DNA of 64,000 nt from Eledone cirrhosa (Eukaryota): positions 1,178,001 to 1,242,000 of the forward strand of contig OZ024753.1 of the NCBI GenBank assembly GCA_964016885.1, in the 5' to 3' direction. Each line of letters starts with the position of its first letter. The stretch's first letter is position 1. The notes beneath the pieces are model-generated. The model was not told the DNA's origin and ran no database searches. It was given only the letters and a program-made list of their open reading frames with translations. A program made the position numbers and the translations under genes. Below are positions 30,721-44,649 of the stretch, piece by piece.

Positions 30721-30901
30721 CCCTTTAGCATTTAAACCAGCTGTATCCGGCCAGAATTCTCTCGCCTCTTTCTGTTGAAACCGGCTGTAACTGGCCACTC
30801 ATACTGATGTAAAGGTATTGTTCTCAAAATAAATAATATCAAAACCTAATAGATTTGATATTATGTGAGATAAAGTGTAGACTAATGTAAATACTAACGG
30901 G
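30721..30901. mobile_element. TTAA-flanked MITE, family B
   Basis: ttaa-ccctttagcatttaaacc ... aaatactaacggg-tta. Confidence 0.7.
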
Positions 30902-32196
30902 TTATGACAGAGGACTCTGTTAAAAGCACCTCAGAGCTGGTTTGTGGTGTTAAACTGGGAAACAATAAATCTACCATCCAAAAAGTAGATTAAGATATAT
31001 GTGCAGATGCCATGATAAAAAGCACACAGTTCTCTAAGTTGTTGCTGGTACCATGAAAAAATGCACTAAGCCCACTCTGTAAAGTGGTAGCACTGGTGCG
31101 TGATAAAATACACCCAGCCCACTCTGTAAAGTGGCAGTGCTAGTGCCATGAAAAATGCACCCAGCCCACTCTGTAAAGTGGTAGTACTGGTGCCATGAAA
31201 AATGCACTGTGCCCACTGTGAAGTACTGGTGGGACAAAATGTTTACAGTAAATGCTATAAAGTGATTGACGTGAGGAAGGGTATCTACCCAGCTGTAGAA
31301 ACCATGCCAAAAACGTAAGTGTAGATTTTGTGATTGTTTAAAGGTGTTGACGCAGCTTGACCGAAGGGTTAAGAAGTTCGATTTGCAATCATTAGGTGCC
31401 AGGTTCGACCTCATTGCGTGACATCTTGGGTATTTAATTTCGCACAGCCTTGATCTGACGGAAACATTTTGGAAGCCCGTCAGATGATCCGTACCTGTAA
31501 TTCAAAGGGCCACTGAATCTCCCTGAGAGTTATATTAAGAGAACATATCTGTACATATTTGTTCAGTCACTTAAATGTTAATTTCATGTGCAGGTTGTTC
31601 CGTTGATCGAACAGTTGGATCGCGCCTCGTCAAAACCAAACAGGTTCTCCATCGTTAGTTTAAAAGATCTTAACTGTAAAAGAAAGTGCATACGTTTATC
31701 CCTCTAAGTATCAAGGACAGTCATAACAGTGACGACATCACGTTAGGACAGTCATAACAGTGACGACATCACGTTAGGCTAGAAAAAGAAATTCCAACTT
31801 TAAATGGGTAGTTATTAGAGCACTTGCCCTGATTATATTGTGGAATGGATTTCATCTCTTGAAAAATTTGATGGTTTTCCATGGATGTTACTAAATACTC
31901 TTCCAGCATAAGAACAAGTGGATTCTTCATATGCAGTGTTAAATAAAAATCCGATAAATATTGACAATGTATTGAGTACCCTACTTACTGTGGTAACACC
32001 CGATTGAACCCGGGATAAACGCACACGCACACACACTCTCTCTCTCTCTTAATGAATGTATGTATTTTCACGTGTTTTTGAGTAATTACTTATTTAGTAT
32101 TCATCTCAGCATGATTTGAAGGTGTATATGAATTGATAGTCATTAGAGTGAGGTATTTGGACCGGTTATGAAAGCTGCAATCGTCTGTATTACGGT

Positions 32197-33846
32197 CAGT
32201 GGCGGATCGTGTATGGTCACTACAGACCTACAGCACCCCCTATTTTCACTCCCTATATTAACATTCAGTATAATGAGTCTTTTATCTGCATACTTGCACA
32301 TTATATAATCCTTAAGTTTAATATCAGTAGCCAACCCCTCGTTCATGAAAAGCCACAAAAATCCTTGTATGGAACTGTGCCATTTCACAGTTCCAGCAAT
32401 GCGGTGTTTGTCTGTTGTGCGCATGCGCACATTGGTCACGCAGTGCCGGCCATGTTGTCCGAACGTAAGGTAATGTTTATTTACCGTATTCTTGATAAAC
32501 TGTAGATGATTATCATGCTTCCAGCTATTCTATTTAATTCTTTATTGTTTTTTTTTCTCGGTTGTTTTATTGTATAGAAAATTTAAATAATTTAGCCTTG
32601 CATACCCAATAATTAAGTTCTGTGAACTTCAAGAAGCATGTTGAAAATGTGGTTTCACTGTCACTTTTAGGAAACGTAAATATTAAGGAGAAATTTCGTT
32701 AGGCATACAGACTTTCAATCGATGAGCATAACATGACGGTTAAAAAGAACTGCGAAATTTTATGCAGAAAGTATTATACGGAACATAAGGATATTTTTCT
32801 CTTACATTTTGGCTATGTCAACATTCTTCTCAAGATCACAACGTGTATCCATTCTCAAGAAGCAAACAGACGTCAGCGTTCCACGTCTATCCTCTTCCTG
32901 GTGGAAGTTTAACAGAGTTGCAACCTTTAAAAAACTGCCTTACTGAAATTCAGTCGATATCAATATTTTGTTTAGAGCTTTTTCATATGTTTATGGCTCA
33001 AATTGAAGAAATTTACAACCAAATACAATTTCGAGAAATTAGCGTGTTTAAAGTCAATAAATATATAACGGATTTCAAAACTACTATTTTAAAAATAAGA
33101 AACTCGAAGTCAAAAACACTCATGGCAGAAGCAAAGGAAGTGTGTGGCTACATATGCGTTGATATAATGGACAGATATTCTTCTATTAAACACTTAGTAC
33201 CTGCTAAATTGTTCAACAAGAAAAGCTTCACTAGTTTTATGAATGAGCTGCCTACAGAAAAGATAGTATTGACCACTGAAGCATATCCCATGATTGACAA
33301 AGAAAAGCTTCAAAATGAACTAAAAGTATTCTATTGAAGATCCGATATGCATATGAACACTGCAAATTAATTGAACTGCTGAAATTTATCTTGGAAAATA
33401 ATCTAGATTGTGTTCTTAGTGAAATTACGAAACTGATAAAAATCCTCTTGATTCCCATGACTACATCAGCCAGAACGCTGTCTTTTAACAGTGAAAATAA
33501 AAGACTTTTCTAAGGAACGCTATGAAACCTGAAAGACTAAATGCTTCTGCAGTGCTTTCAATGGAGAAAAACTTCAACAGTCATCCAGGGTCAAGAAGAA
33601 AATTATTAACCTTTTCGCTCAAAGTAAAACAAGAATGGATTACATTTTAAAATGAATGGATCAAGCTTCAACCGTAACAGTTTATTTGTAAGTAAAGAAT
33701 ATTTTCGTCTAAGGTTTTATGAAGTTTATATATAAATTTTCATTTTTATGTTTGTTTCGTTTTACTCAATATTAAAACAATTGATAAAAATTTCTGAAGC
33801 AGGACCCCCCCCCCCCCCCACTAATTTTAGCTACGAGCCGCCACTG
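32197..33846 (+). mobile_element. Decayed hAT DNA transposon with transposase remnants
   Basis: TIRs CAGTGGCGGATCGT / ACGAGCCGCCACTG; 8-bp TSD attacggt vs gttacagt (6/8). Frameshifted remnants include YPMIDKEKLQNELKVFY and the hAT C-terminal dimerisation region (LIKILLIPMT..ERC..KTFLRNAMKPERLNA.AVLSMEK). Confidence 0.85.
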
Positions 33847-34385
33847 GTTACAGTGTGTGTCGTGGTAAAACCGAAAATAGTACCGTACACTGTTATAGCG
33901 CACGAAAAAATCATAGCACGTAAGGATTCACTGGGGTAGTGTTGGTGGTGGTAGTAGTAGTAGCTGCAGTAGTAATAGTAGTAGTAGTAGCAGCAACAGT
34001 AGTAGAAGTAGTAGTAGCAGCAGCAACAGTAGTAGTCGTGAAAGCCTTCGGTAAAAAAAAATGTCACGTTATCGTGGCTGTGGAAGAAAATGATCGACAA
34101 TAGCAGCCGATCCTCTATAGCAGGGTTACCCAACCTTTTTCCAGCCAGCGCCCCCTGTGGGCGCAAACTTTTTTGTCAACACGTTTTGTACCACGTTATC
34201 TGGTGTATGGCCGCAGTTCAAATGGGTACAAAACCTAAAGGAAATGTGTGTGTGTGTGTGTGTGGTTGGGCCTTTAATCACAAGGGGTCAATTTAAGTAA
34301 AGAAATGTTTTAAAAATTTTTGAAAATTTGAACGAAAAAATGGATAAATGCCCACCTGAGTATATCCCCCCCCCCCCATGAAATA

Positions 34386-34683
34386 AGCTTTGCCTTTCAT
34401 CCTTACGGGGTCGATAAAATAAAGTACCAGTAATGCACTGGGGGTATCCGCTGGCCTTGTGCCAAAAGTAGAAACAATTATTTTGTATTTTGTAATTGGA
34501 TTGTCAGTATCGGTAGAGGGTCGGACACCATGCTTTGCAGCATAGAGTTATGACCCTTTACGTTCTGAGTTCAAATCCCGCAGAGGTTAACTTTGGCTTT
34601 CATCCTTACGGGGCGATAAAATAAAGTACCAGTAATGCACTGCGGTAATTGCTGGCCTTGTGCTTAAAGTAGAAACAATTATT
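34386..34683 (+). mobile_element. SINE family 1 (partial + full copy)
   Basis: Consensus match. Confidence 0.82.
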
Positions 34684-34989
34684 TTGTATGTTTTTACCAA
34701 GAGAGAAAGAGAGACCCGGTTTCTAACATAAACACAATTCTTTCATTGGAATTTAGACAACCTCAACTAATTAAACATGTCTGTATGCGCGCGTGTGTGT
34801 GTCTGCAAGCGCGTGTGTGTGTGTGTGTGCCTGCATGCACGCGTGTGTGTGTCTGTGAGTGTGTCTGCATGCGTGTGTGTGTGTGTATCTGCATGCGGGC
34901 GCGTGTGTGTGTCTGCATGCGCGTCATTGTATGTGTGTATCTGGATCTATATGATTTGAGTTATTGATTAGTATGCAGGGAGTATTTCT

Positions 34990-35380
34990 TAAGAAGTTCC
35001 TTCCCAACTCTCATGATCTTATCTGTTTCATGTAGACAGACTTGCTCAATAGATGGTCTCCTATGGTGGTTCGAAGGTGTTGTCAGAGGTAGATGCGACC
35101 CTCAAATGCTGCTTGGACTGATGTTAGGCCTCTGCCTCCTTGCTTGCGTTTCAAGTAAAGGCAGTCTATGTCACTGTTGAGGTGGAAGTTTCCAGAGTTT
35201 TTTTATTAGAATTTTTCGGGTTTTAACATCAGTAGCTTGGATTGTATCTGTCGTCCAAACGTTGATGTTAGGACAGACACAGCAAACACAGCTGGGAGCA
35301 GCTGTTTTATTGTGCGCAGGGATTTAAGATGATCGTATTTTTCTTAATCGGGTGTAACATTCCTTGGTTACGCTCACCAC
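34990..35380 (-). mobile_element. Decayed R4/Dong-type RT C-terminal fragment
   Basis: Minus strand NFHLNSDIDCLYLKRKQGGRGL motif. Confidence 0.65.
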
Positions 35381-36119
35381 TTCGTTGATAAATTTGTTAA
35401 CGTCTGTGAAGCAGGTAGAAACTCGCCACCTCGTTGTCTCCTATACACGAGATTGATAAACTTGCTAAAGTCTGTAAAACAGCTAGAAGCTCACCTCCTC
35501 GTTGCCTGCTCCTATACATGAGGTTGATAAATTTGTTGACGTTTGTGAAACAGGTAGAAGCTCACCATCTCTTTGACTACATATTTAACTATTTGGGAGT
35601 CAGAAGGAAGTCATAGAGGAGTTGAGAAGCTAGTGTCTAAAAGGAGTAAACCCGAAATTGTACATCAATATACACTCTTGACAGGTGCAATGTGTCCCAA
35701 CACGGAAGAGTCGAATTCCCAGCGTCATCGCCCCCATCTCTCTGTATAGTGAGCAAATGGGGTCCCAGGTGCTGGCCGCCCCACAGCCCCTGCGGACAGG
35801 ACGGAGAAGGCGTTTCTCCAGAGGATGGTAAGGGAGATGCGCTGGAAGAGCCATTTCATTATACACGGGGGTTGATAAATTTGTGAAGATCTGTGAAAAA
35901 TCTGAGCGATTGCCAGCCTTTAGTTTATCTTCTTTCTTGAGATTAGAAAATTTACGAGCTTCTTCAAAATGGTAACATAAATCTAGTTAACAGTTTGATG
36001 CACTGAAGTGGGCCTTTTACACCTGTTTAACTGATCATCTTACTCGCTCCCCCTCTTTCCCCTCAGCCCTTCTCTTTCCCTTTCTCCTTCCTCCCCTCTT
36101 TCCCTGTTTCGCCTTCTCC

Positions 36120-36175
<56 letters not shown>

Positions 36176-36179
36176 TCTC

Positions 36180-36252
<73 letters not shown>

Positions 36253-36474
36253 CCACCCATCTCCTCCCCCCTCTATCTCAATATCATTCTCTCACCATTT
36301 TCTTTCGTTCTCTATCTCTCTCTCCCTCCCACCCATCTCCACCTCCCCTCTCTCTCTCCCCACCCCTCTTCTCTCTCAACAGCATTCACCCTATTTTACA
36401 TGCTATCTTTACAGCATTTCAGCGCTTGAGCATTTTCTTTATACTTATATAATTACACACACACACACATATAT

Positions 36475-36885
36475 ATATTGTTATACTTTGGGAGGGCCAT
36501 GTTGCCAATAAGAAACACACGCACCAGTTGCTTTCACTCCAATTTATTATAAATTAAATTTATAAATTTAAGAATTTATAAATTTCCGGTTGGCTGGTTG
36601 GTTCCACAACCGGACGGTTGTTCATATATTGTTCTTTCGTCACACATTCTGTGACCTCTTCAGTGACTGGAGATTCTTCTCTTTGTTTTGTGCCTCTCCT
36701 TTGTTCTGTCCAACCAACCGGAAATTTATAAATTCTTAAATTTATAAATTTAATTTATAATAAATTGGAGTGAAAGCAACTGGTGCGTGTGTTTCTTATT
36801 GGCAACATGACCCTCCCAAAGTATAACAATATCGGTTTCAACACACGTTTTCAGATAAAGAATCTTGCTAAACAAATTCAGAAAT
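36475..36885. mobile_element. Fold-back element: 123-bp inverted arms around a spacer with a hammerhead core, plus tail
   Basis: Arms 36475-36597/36710-36832 nearly identical. Minus strand of the spacer reads gtca CTGAAGA g GTCACA gaatg TGTGAC GAAA. Same family at ~2143-2210 and 60345-60510. Confidence 0.7.
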
Positions 36886-36901
36886 CCCTCTCTCTCTCCC
36901 C

Positions 36902-36936
<35 letters not shown>

Positions 36937-36967
36937 ATCATATAATTACACTCTCACCCCCCACCCC

Positions 36968-37011
<44 letters not shown>

Positions 37012-37013
<2 letters not shown>

Positions 37014-37177
37014 GTATTTCCCGGCGCCGTAGACGCTTCGTCTTCGAGGTCGTCCCTAATTTTCACAACCAAAAATTTGAAAAAAATAATAAACAACCTT
37101 CGGCCTCTAGGACGGATGATAGATTTTTGAGACTTATTTTAGGAAAAAAGTAGCGTCTTCGACGCCGGGAAATACGG
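37012..37177. mobile_element. Tc1/mariner-superfamily (pogo/Tc2-type) MITE
   Basis: 26-bp TIR ccgtatttcccggcgccgtagacgct with 2 mismatches; TA on both sides. Confidence 0.85.
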
Positions 37178-37178
37178 T

Positions 37179-37248
<70 letters not shown>

Positions 37249-38779
37249 AAGTACGGTTCCAGCCCATAAACTTCAACTTAATGAAAATGTTATTTTCATA
37301 AAACACTCCAAATTCTTGGTTATTTTCAATATTAGCTAAAACACATTCAATATATTTCGTGAAAAATATGGCAATAAGTGTTTGCTATAAGTTAAACTAG
37401 CTTCATTTAAGTGCCTCATAACCACAGATTGTTTTGTTCGTTACAGATTTATTATAAGCTATAAGTAATGATTAGACACAAATTAATTAACAGTAATTAG
37501 CATTAGCAAATTAGATCCAATTATTATAAAAGTCTGTTGGATTTCGTTATTTTATATTTATGCTTACATATCGCTTTTTACTAGATTTTCTGTTATTTTC
37601 CATGGTTTTTGTTACCTGATAAAGCCCCGAGAATATCGCCTCAATGTGGCTTTCGCGAGATAAGAGGCATTTCAGTAATAATAAGGTATCTTTTACTTTT
37701 CATTCTAAAACTATTTCAAATTATTGATATTTGGATGGTATGGATTATTTGTAAACTATAAGTATGGCTTCCACAAATTTGGGGAAAATGTATGAAGGTT
37801 TTGTGATGAAATAAGACTGGAAACCACTGCTCAAGAGGATCCCGAATCCAGGGATCTCACTGGATAAATAACAATTCACGTCGGGTACAAATGAGATCCT
37901 GTGCTAGTTAAGTTATGGAGGCCCCTAACATTTGAAAAATTCATCGCAAAAATGTTTTTGGCAGGAAGTTGGGCCCCCTGGCTAATGGGACCCTGTGTTT
38001 ATGCACATCTAAGCACAATGGTAAATCCGGCACTGTATACAGTACTTATATTCAAGTCAACAGTTTGAACATCCTTTGGATAGTTATCATCAGGAACGAA
38101 CCTAGTGGTATTTCTCGTATTTTTAGGGGTAGGCCTATACGCTAAATTTAGTCTTAATACAGAGTTTTGAGCTAAAAAAACATAAGATCAGCTTACATGC
38201 CAGGTCGACTTGTACGTCGTAATTAACGTTATCTGGATGATTAACGCGGCGGCTCCCGAAAATCAAGGGAAGAGAACCCGTGGGAAGTGCGTACATGAGG
38301 TAATCTTCATTTACTTGATTACAGTTTCATCTTTATCTGTTGTATAAGATGCCATTTGTCTTTCATCAACAAACCCTTATCACATCCGTTAACTCAACAT
38401 CTCCGTTTCTTTTAAATTGTTTGTTGCTTTAAAATAAATGTATCTCGAAATTTATGTCGATTTGATGAACATTATCTCAGGTAAATAGCCAAGTGTGATG
38501 TTTGACGTAAAACATTTGATAATGTGTTAGACACTGTTTTAGATAAGTAGATTTATAGGTACTAAGGTTATTTTTCAAGTAGAAAAAGAAAGGAAATAGG
38601 AATATGAATTTGTGATATACATGCTTTATCGTAACTAACTGCTTTGATAAATAATAAGGTGAATGGTATTTCTGTCTAATTGAATGGCTTTGCTGTTGAT
38701 TTTGTTTGTTTCGTTCTCTTGTTTACATTTTAAGTTCTTTTCATATGCGGTGTGTGGACGACATGTTGTTGTGTTGTTG

Positions 38780-39175
38780 TTGGCGGGGTGATGGTAATGG
38801 TGGTGGTGACGGTGGTGGTGGTAGGGGCGGTGGTGATGGTGGTGGTAGTGGTGGTGAATTGGTAGTAGATGATGGTGGTGATGGTGATGGTGATGGTGGT
38901 GGTGATGGTGCTGGTAGTGGCAGTAGTGGCGAATTGGTAGTAGGATGATGGTGGTGATGGTGGTGTTAGTGGGGTGGTGGTAGTGGTGGTGGTGATGGTG
39001 TTGGTAGTGATGGCGAATTGGTAGTAGGATGGTGGTGGTGGTAGTGGCGAATCTGGTGGTAGGATGGTGGTGGTGGTACTGGTGATGGTGGTGATAGTGG
39101 TGGTGGTGGTAGTGGTGGTGGAAAACCTGGTAGTAGGATGGTAGTAGTGGCGATGGTGGTGGTAGCGGTAGTGGG
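38780..39175. repeat. (GGT/GAT/AGT)n low-complexity array
   Basis: Direct reading. Confidence 0.9.
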
Positions 39176-39486
39176 AAGGTGAAATCATAGTGTTTTGCTG
39201 AGGGACACAACGCGTCACCGGGAATCGAACCCATGACTTTACAACCGTCAACTCAACACCCCAAACCCCTAACTATGACAAGGAGCACGTGATATGTTTC
39301 CTAACGTCTTCATTAAATTCTTCTCTTTCCTATTTTTCTCCCACTCTCTTTTTCCTCTTCCTCTCTTCCTTCCTCTCTTCCTTCCTCTCTTTCTCTCTCA
39401 CCTCTCTCCTTTTCGTTCTAGTTTAATTTTAGTTCAGTAACATACCTTCAAACAAACAAAACACAAAACAAAACAAATGTATTTTT

Positions 39487-40157
39487 TTTATGAAAACTGC
39501 ATTACTTAGACTTTTAAATCTGTTTTATTAAAACTGCATTACTTAGACTTTTAAATCTGTTTTATTAAAACTGCATTACTTAGACTTTTAAATCTGTTTT
39601 ATGAAAACTGCATTACTTAGACTTTTAAATCTGTTTTATTAAAACTGCATTACTTAGACTTTTAAATCTGTTTTATTAAAACTGCATTACTTAGACTTTT
39701 AAATCTGTTTTATTAAAACTGCATTACTTAGACTTTTAAATCTGTTTTATTGACTTCAAATCTGTTTTATTAAAACTGCATTACTAAGACTTTCAAATCT
39801 GTTTTTATTAAAACTGCATTACTAAGACTTTCAAATCTGTTTTATTGACTTTCAAATCTGTTTTATTAAACTGCAATACTAAGACTTCCAAATCTGTTTT
39901 ATGAAAACTGCATTAGTAAGGCGTTCAAATCCGTTTTATTAAAACTGCATTACTTAGACTTTTAAACCTGTTTTTATTAAAACTGCATTACGTAGACTTT
40001 CAAATCTATTTTATTAAAACTGCATTACTTAGACTTTCAAATCTATTTTATTAAAACTGCATTACTTAGACTTTCAAATCGGTTTATTAAAACTGCATTA
40101 GTAAGAATTTCAAATCTGTTTTATAAAACTGCATTACTTAGACTTTCAAATCTGTTC
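39487..40157. repeat. 37-bp minisatellite, ~18 copies
   Basis: aaaactgcattacttagacttttaaatctgttttatt, more diverged towards the 3' end. Confidence 0.95.
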
Positions 40158-40201
40158 AATTTAATGACAAAAAGCTTCAAAATAACTTTAATAGTTTTTT
40201 A

Positions 40202-40261
<60 letters not shown>

Positions 40262-40951
40262 TCAGAGAGAGTAAAGATTACTTTACGGAATAAGAAAAAA
40301 TAAATGGTGAGAGGGGGAGAAAGAGATTGTGCGTTAGATAGATAGATAGATAGATAGATTGAGAAAGAAACTGCACGATGAAGAGGTAGAAAGAGGATGA
40401 GTGGAGGTGAGAAGATGAGTGGAGGTGACGGAGGATGAGTGGAAGTGAGAAGATGAGTGGAGGTGACGGAGGATGAGTGGAAGTGAGAAGATGAGTAGGG
40501 GTGAGGGCGAATGAGTGCAGGATCGAGGGTGAGTAGAGCTGAGAGGATGAGGTGAAGGAGGGAGGATAAGTGGAGGTTGAGAGAGGGTGAGTGGAGGTGA
40601 GAAGAGGGCGAGTGGAGGTAAGAGTGAAAGGAAATAGGATTTGATAAGGTGTAGAGTTGACCTTATCAGTTGAAATAATCCACAGTTAATACTTGTGGAA
40701 ATATCTTATCGTGTTGCAAGGTAATCTTGTGTGAACAGTTAGCTCTCATCTCTCTCTCTCTCTGATCTCTAATGTCTTCCCCTCTCTCTCTCATCTCTCT
40801 CTCTCTCTCTCTGAGCTCTAATGTCTTCCCCCCTCTCTCTCTCTCTCTCTCGTTATCGCTCCATTTTCTCACTCTCTCCTATATTGCTCACAGACTGTCT
40901 TCTATCTTTACTGTTCTCTCTTTATTCTCTCTCACACTCATATATATATAT

Positions 40952-40960
40952 AACTACCGT

Positions 40961-40991
<31 letters not shown>

Positions 40992-41097
40992 GTTACTACT
41001 ACTACTACTACTACTACTACTGTTACTACTACTACTACTACTACTACTGTTACTACTACTACTACTACTGTTACTACTACTACTACTACTACTACTG

Positions 41098-41129
<32 letters not shown>

Positions 41130-41329
41130 GTTACTACTACTGTTACTACTACTACTACTGTTACTGTTACTACTACTACTGTTACTACTACTGTTACTAC
41201 TACTACTACTACTGTTACTACTACTACTACTACTACTGTTACTACTACTGTTACTACTACTACTACTGTTACTACTACTACTGTTACTACTACTACTACT
41301 ACTACTGTTACTACTACTGCTACTACTGT

Positions 41330-41360
<31 letters not shown>

Positions 41361-41362
41361 GT

Positions 41363-41393
<31 letters not shown>

Positions 41394-41410
41394 GTTACTA
41401 CTACTACTGT

Positions 41411-41441
<31 letters not shown>

Positions 41442-41443
41442 GT

Positions 41444-41474
<31 letters not shown>

Positions 41475-41476
41475 GT

Positions 41477-41507
<31 letters not shown>

Positions 41508-41509
41508 GT

Positions 41510-41543
<34 letters not shown>

Positions 41544-41572
41544 GTTACTGTTACTACTACTACTGTTACTGT

Positions 41573-41622
<50 letters not shown>

Positions 41623-41675
41623 TTATTACTACTACTACTACTACTACTGTTACTACTATTACTACTACTACCACT
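40952..41675. repeat. (CTA)n array with GTT interruptions
   Basis: Direct reading. Confidence 0.95.
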
Positions 41676-42387
41676 ATCACACATTGATGAGTTCATCTTA
41701 GAGGCCTGAGTAATCGACGAAACAGCCAGCTCCTGAAATTAACAAGCAAGTGGCTAAGCATTCTACAGACATTTGTACCCGTAACGTAGTTCTCAAGGAG
41801 ATTCAGTTGGATATGGCTGGACTGTCGAATGACAAGAATAAACTCATCTTTGCTAACTGAATGGACTGGAGCAAGATGAAATAAAATGTCTTTCTCAATG
41901 GGCACAACGTGCTAGGAATCGAACTCCTGACTTTACGATTGTGAATCAAACACTCTCCACATTAAATTACGCCCCATCACAACACCGGTGAAAGCCCAAC
42001 CAGAAGCCTACATGAATGTATGCCAAATTCCCCATATAATGTGTGAATTTAGCGAAAAATAGCAGCCTAGAAACTATTTAGGAGCCCTTCAAAGGTTGTC
42101 CGCTGAGAAAAGACCAAAGTGATCTATTTAGCATGGCTGGGATAAGAGTTGGTTGTATAAATGTGCGTGAGCTGGAAGCAAAGTTATTGGTTTGACAACC
42201 ATTAGGTTAAAAGATGTGGTAGTTATCAGAGAAACCAGGATTTCCGGTATGAAGTCACTTCTACTTCTACTCGATTACTCCGAAGTGTAACACATATTTT
42301 GGTCGTTCTGGTTCAAGCGGAGTAACAGGATTATTTTAAGATGGTCTGATTCTCGAGTTGAGGATAATATTTACGAATCCAGTTGAT

Positions 42388-42770
42388 ATGAAATGGGATT
42401 CCTCCGAAGGGTCTTTGTAGTAACGTTACTCGATAGAGTGCGTAACTCGGAGAAACAGAGCGTCACTCCAGGAAGAGCCGCTACCTCTCCGAATTGAGAG
42501 ATCACAGTTCCGATATCATGGGCATGTGGTTAGAATGTCCCAGGAAAGAATCGCTGGACAGATTTTATGGGCAAAACCAACCGGCAGGAGACCCAGAGGT
42601 AGACCCCAAGTAAGATGGTTGGATAACATCTATGAGCTTAGCTGGTCACGCTTGGAGATCCAACCGGATCATTTGAGACGGTTGCTTCTGATAGGACCAG
42701 CTGGAAGGAGTCTTTGAGGATTCTGCCCCTACGGGCCTCTCAGGAATAAGTGGGCGATGAAGAAGATAGG
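42388..42770 (+). mobile_element. 5'-truncated RTE LINE 3' end
   Basis: EMGFLRRV...DRVRNSE...IERSQFRYHGHVVRMSQERIA...TGRRPRGRPQVRWLDNI, followed by a (GAA/GAT) tail. Confidence 0.85.
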
Positions 42771-42817
42771 TTGGTGGCCCTGGACATAAACAGTAGCGAT
42801 GGAGATGTGTACAGAGT

Positions 42818-43593
42818 AGTAACTGTTAATATACCAAAATAGAGATGTTTTCGAAGCAGTAACTGTTAATATACCAAGATAGAGATGTTTTCGAAGCAGT
42901 AACTGTTAATATACCAAGATAGAGATGTTTTCGAAGCAGTAACTGTTAATATACCAAGATAGAGATGTTTTCGAAGCAGTAACTGTTAATATACCAAGAT
43001 AGAGATGTTTTCGAAGCAGTAACTGTTAATATACCAAGATAGAGATGTTTTCGAAGCAGTAAACTGTTAATATACCAAGATAGAGATGTTTTCGAAGCAG
43101 TAACTGTTAATATACCAAGATAGAGATGTTTTCGAAGCAGTAACTGTTAATATACCAAGATAGAGATGTTTTCGAAGCAGTAACTGTTAATATACCAAGA
43201 TAGAAATGTTTTCGAAGTAGTAACTGTTAATATACCAAGATAGAGATGTTTTCGAAGTAGTAACTGTTAATATACCAAGATAGAGATGTTTTCGAAGCAG
43301 TAACTGTTAATATACCAAGATAGAGATGTTTTCGAAGCAGTAACTGTTAATATACCCAAGATAGAGATGTTTTCGAAGCAGTAACTGTTAATATACCAAG
43401 ATAGAAATGTTTTCGAAGTAGTAACTGTTAATATACCAAGATAGAGATGTTTTCGAAGTAGTAACTGTTAATATACCAAGATAGAGATGTTTTAGAAGCA
43501 GTAACTGTTTAATATACCAAGATAGAGATGTTTTAGAAGCAGTAACTGTTAATATACCAAGATAGAGATGTTTTAGAAGCAGTAACTGTTAAT
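42818..43593. repeat. 40-bp minisatellite, ~19 copies
   Basis: agtaactgttaatataccaagatagagatgttttcgaagc head-to-tail, no spacers. Confidence 0.97.
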
Positions 43594-44649
43594 ACAGCCA
43601 TCAGAGCAGTGGGTTAAACATTTTCACGACTCCAGATTCAGTTTTAAGAATTTTACTGTTTGTTATTGAAGGATGAAAGACAAAATTTGATCTTGGCAGG
43701 ATTTGTCCGCTTTACAGTTATTACAAATTGGCTTCTCTCTCTCTCTCTCTCTCTTTCTCTCCCTCCCCCTCCCTCTGCCTTGCCCTCTCTCACCCTCCCC
43801 CCTCTCTCTCACACTCTCTCTCTCTCATGTCGATTTTAGAAATCAACATTAGAAATCGTTCTTATTAAAGGCTATCACGTCACTGAAAATTGGTGTCTTA
43901 AATGCCTTTATCGTTTATTATTGGTAATAACCGTCATTAAACAGTAATCTGGCCTGAAGTGTTAAAGCAGATACTATTTTTTTTTAGTTGAATATTTATC
44001 GAAGACGTTGCGACAGTCAATGCAACAAAACGATATATAATTTCAAAAATATAATATATAATTTGAATTTCTAAAATCCCAAAATATATAGGAAATAATA
44101 TAATTATTTTAAACAGAATATATTTAGAATAAAATAGAATAAATAATTCTCTAAAATGAATTGGAAACAGATTCATGTCTGTCGTATTACACTATATTTC
44201 ATTTTAATAATCAATGTGTAGCTAAAGGAGACGGCTATCGAATCTGCGTATAAAATCCATATCAAATATAAACTGCAGGAGACGCGAATGGTGTTGGTCG
44301 TCATGCTGGTAAATATATATTTCTAAGCATGGCGTTGATTAGCTTAAAATCTCTTTTTTTTTTTTATCATAGAGAAATATAGATATGTCGGAGAGGAGAG
44401 ATGGAAAGACGATATATGAAGTTGATTAGCTTAAAGGTTGTTGTTTTTTAAAAATAATAGATAGAAATGTATAAATATTGGAGAAGAAACGAACGGGGTG
44501 ATAATGTGTTGCTGGTGGCGGCGAGTTGGTAATGCTTCCAATTACGAATATATTTTAGTATTGAATCCATTTCATGCTGGCAACAGAAACAGGCTTAGAA
44601 AAGAGTAAGTTAAGGAAGAGTAGGCTACATACGTACATACATACATACG

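Noticed and set aside
38230-38305. Possible exon ending catgag|gtaatc, and a similar candidate at 44279-44308
   Set aside because: No similarity to NCX or SNX peptides and no convincing acceptor; could be UTR exons but unsupported.
42818-43593. Possible CRISPR array (40-bp repeats containing ttcgaa)
   Set aside because: Units are contiguous with no unique spacers, there are no cas genes, and the context is eukaryotic. The same applies to the 37-, 42-, 61- and 79-bp arrays.
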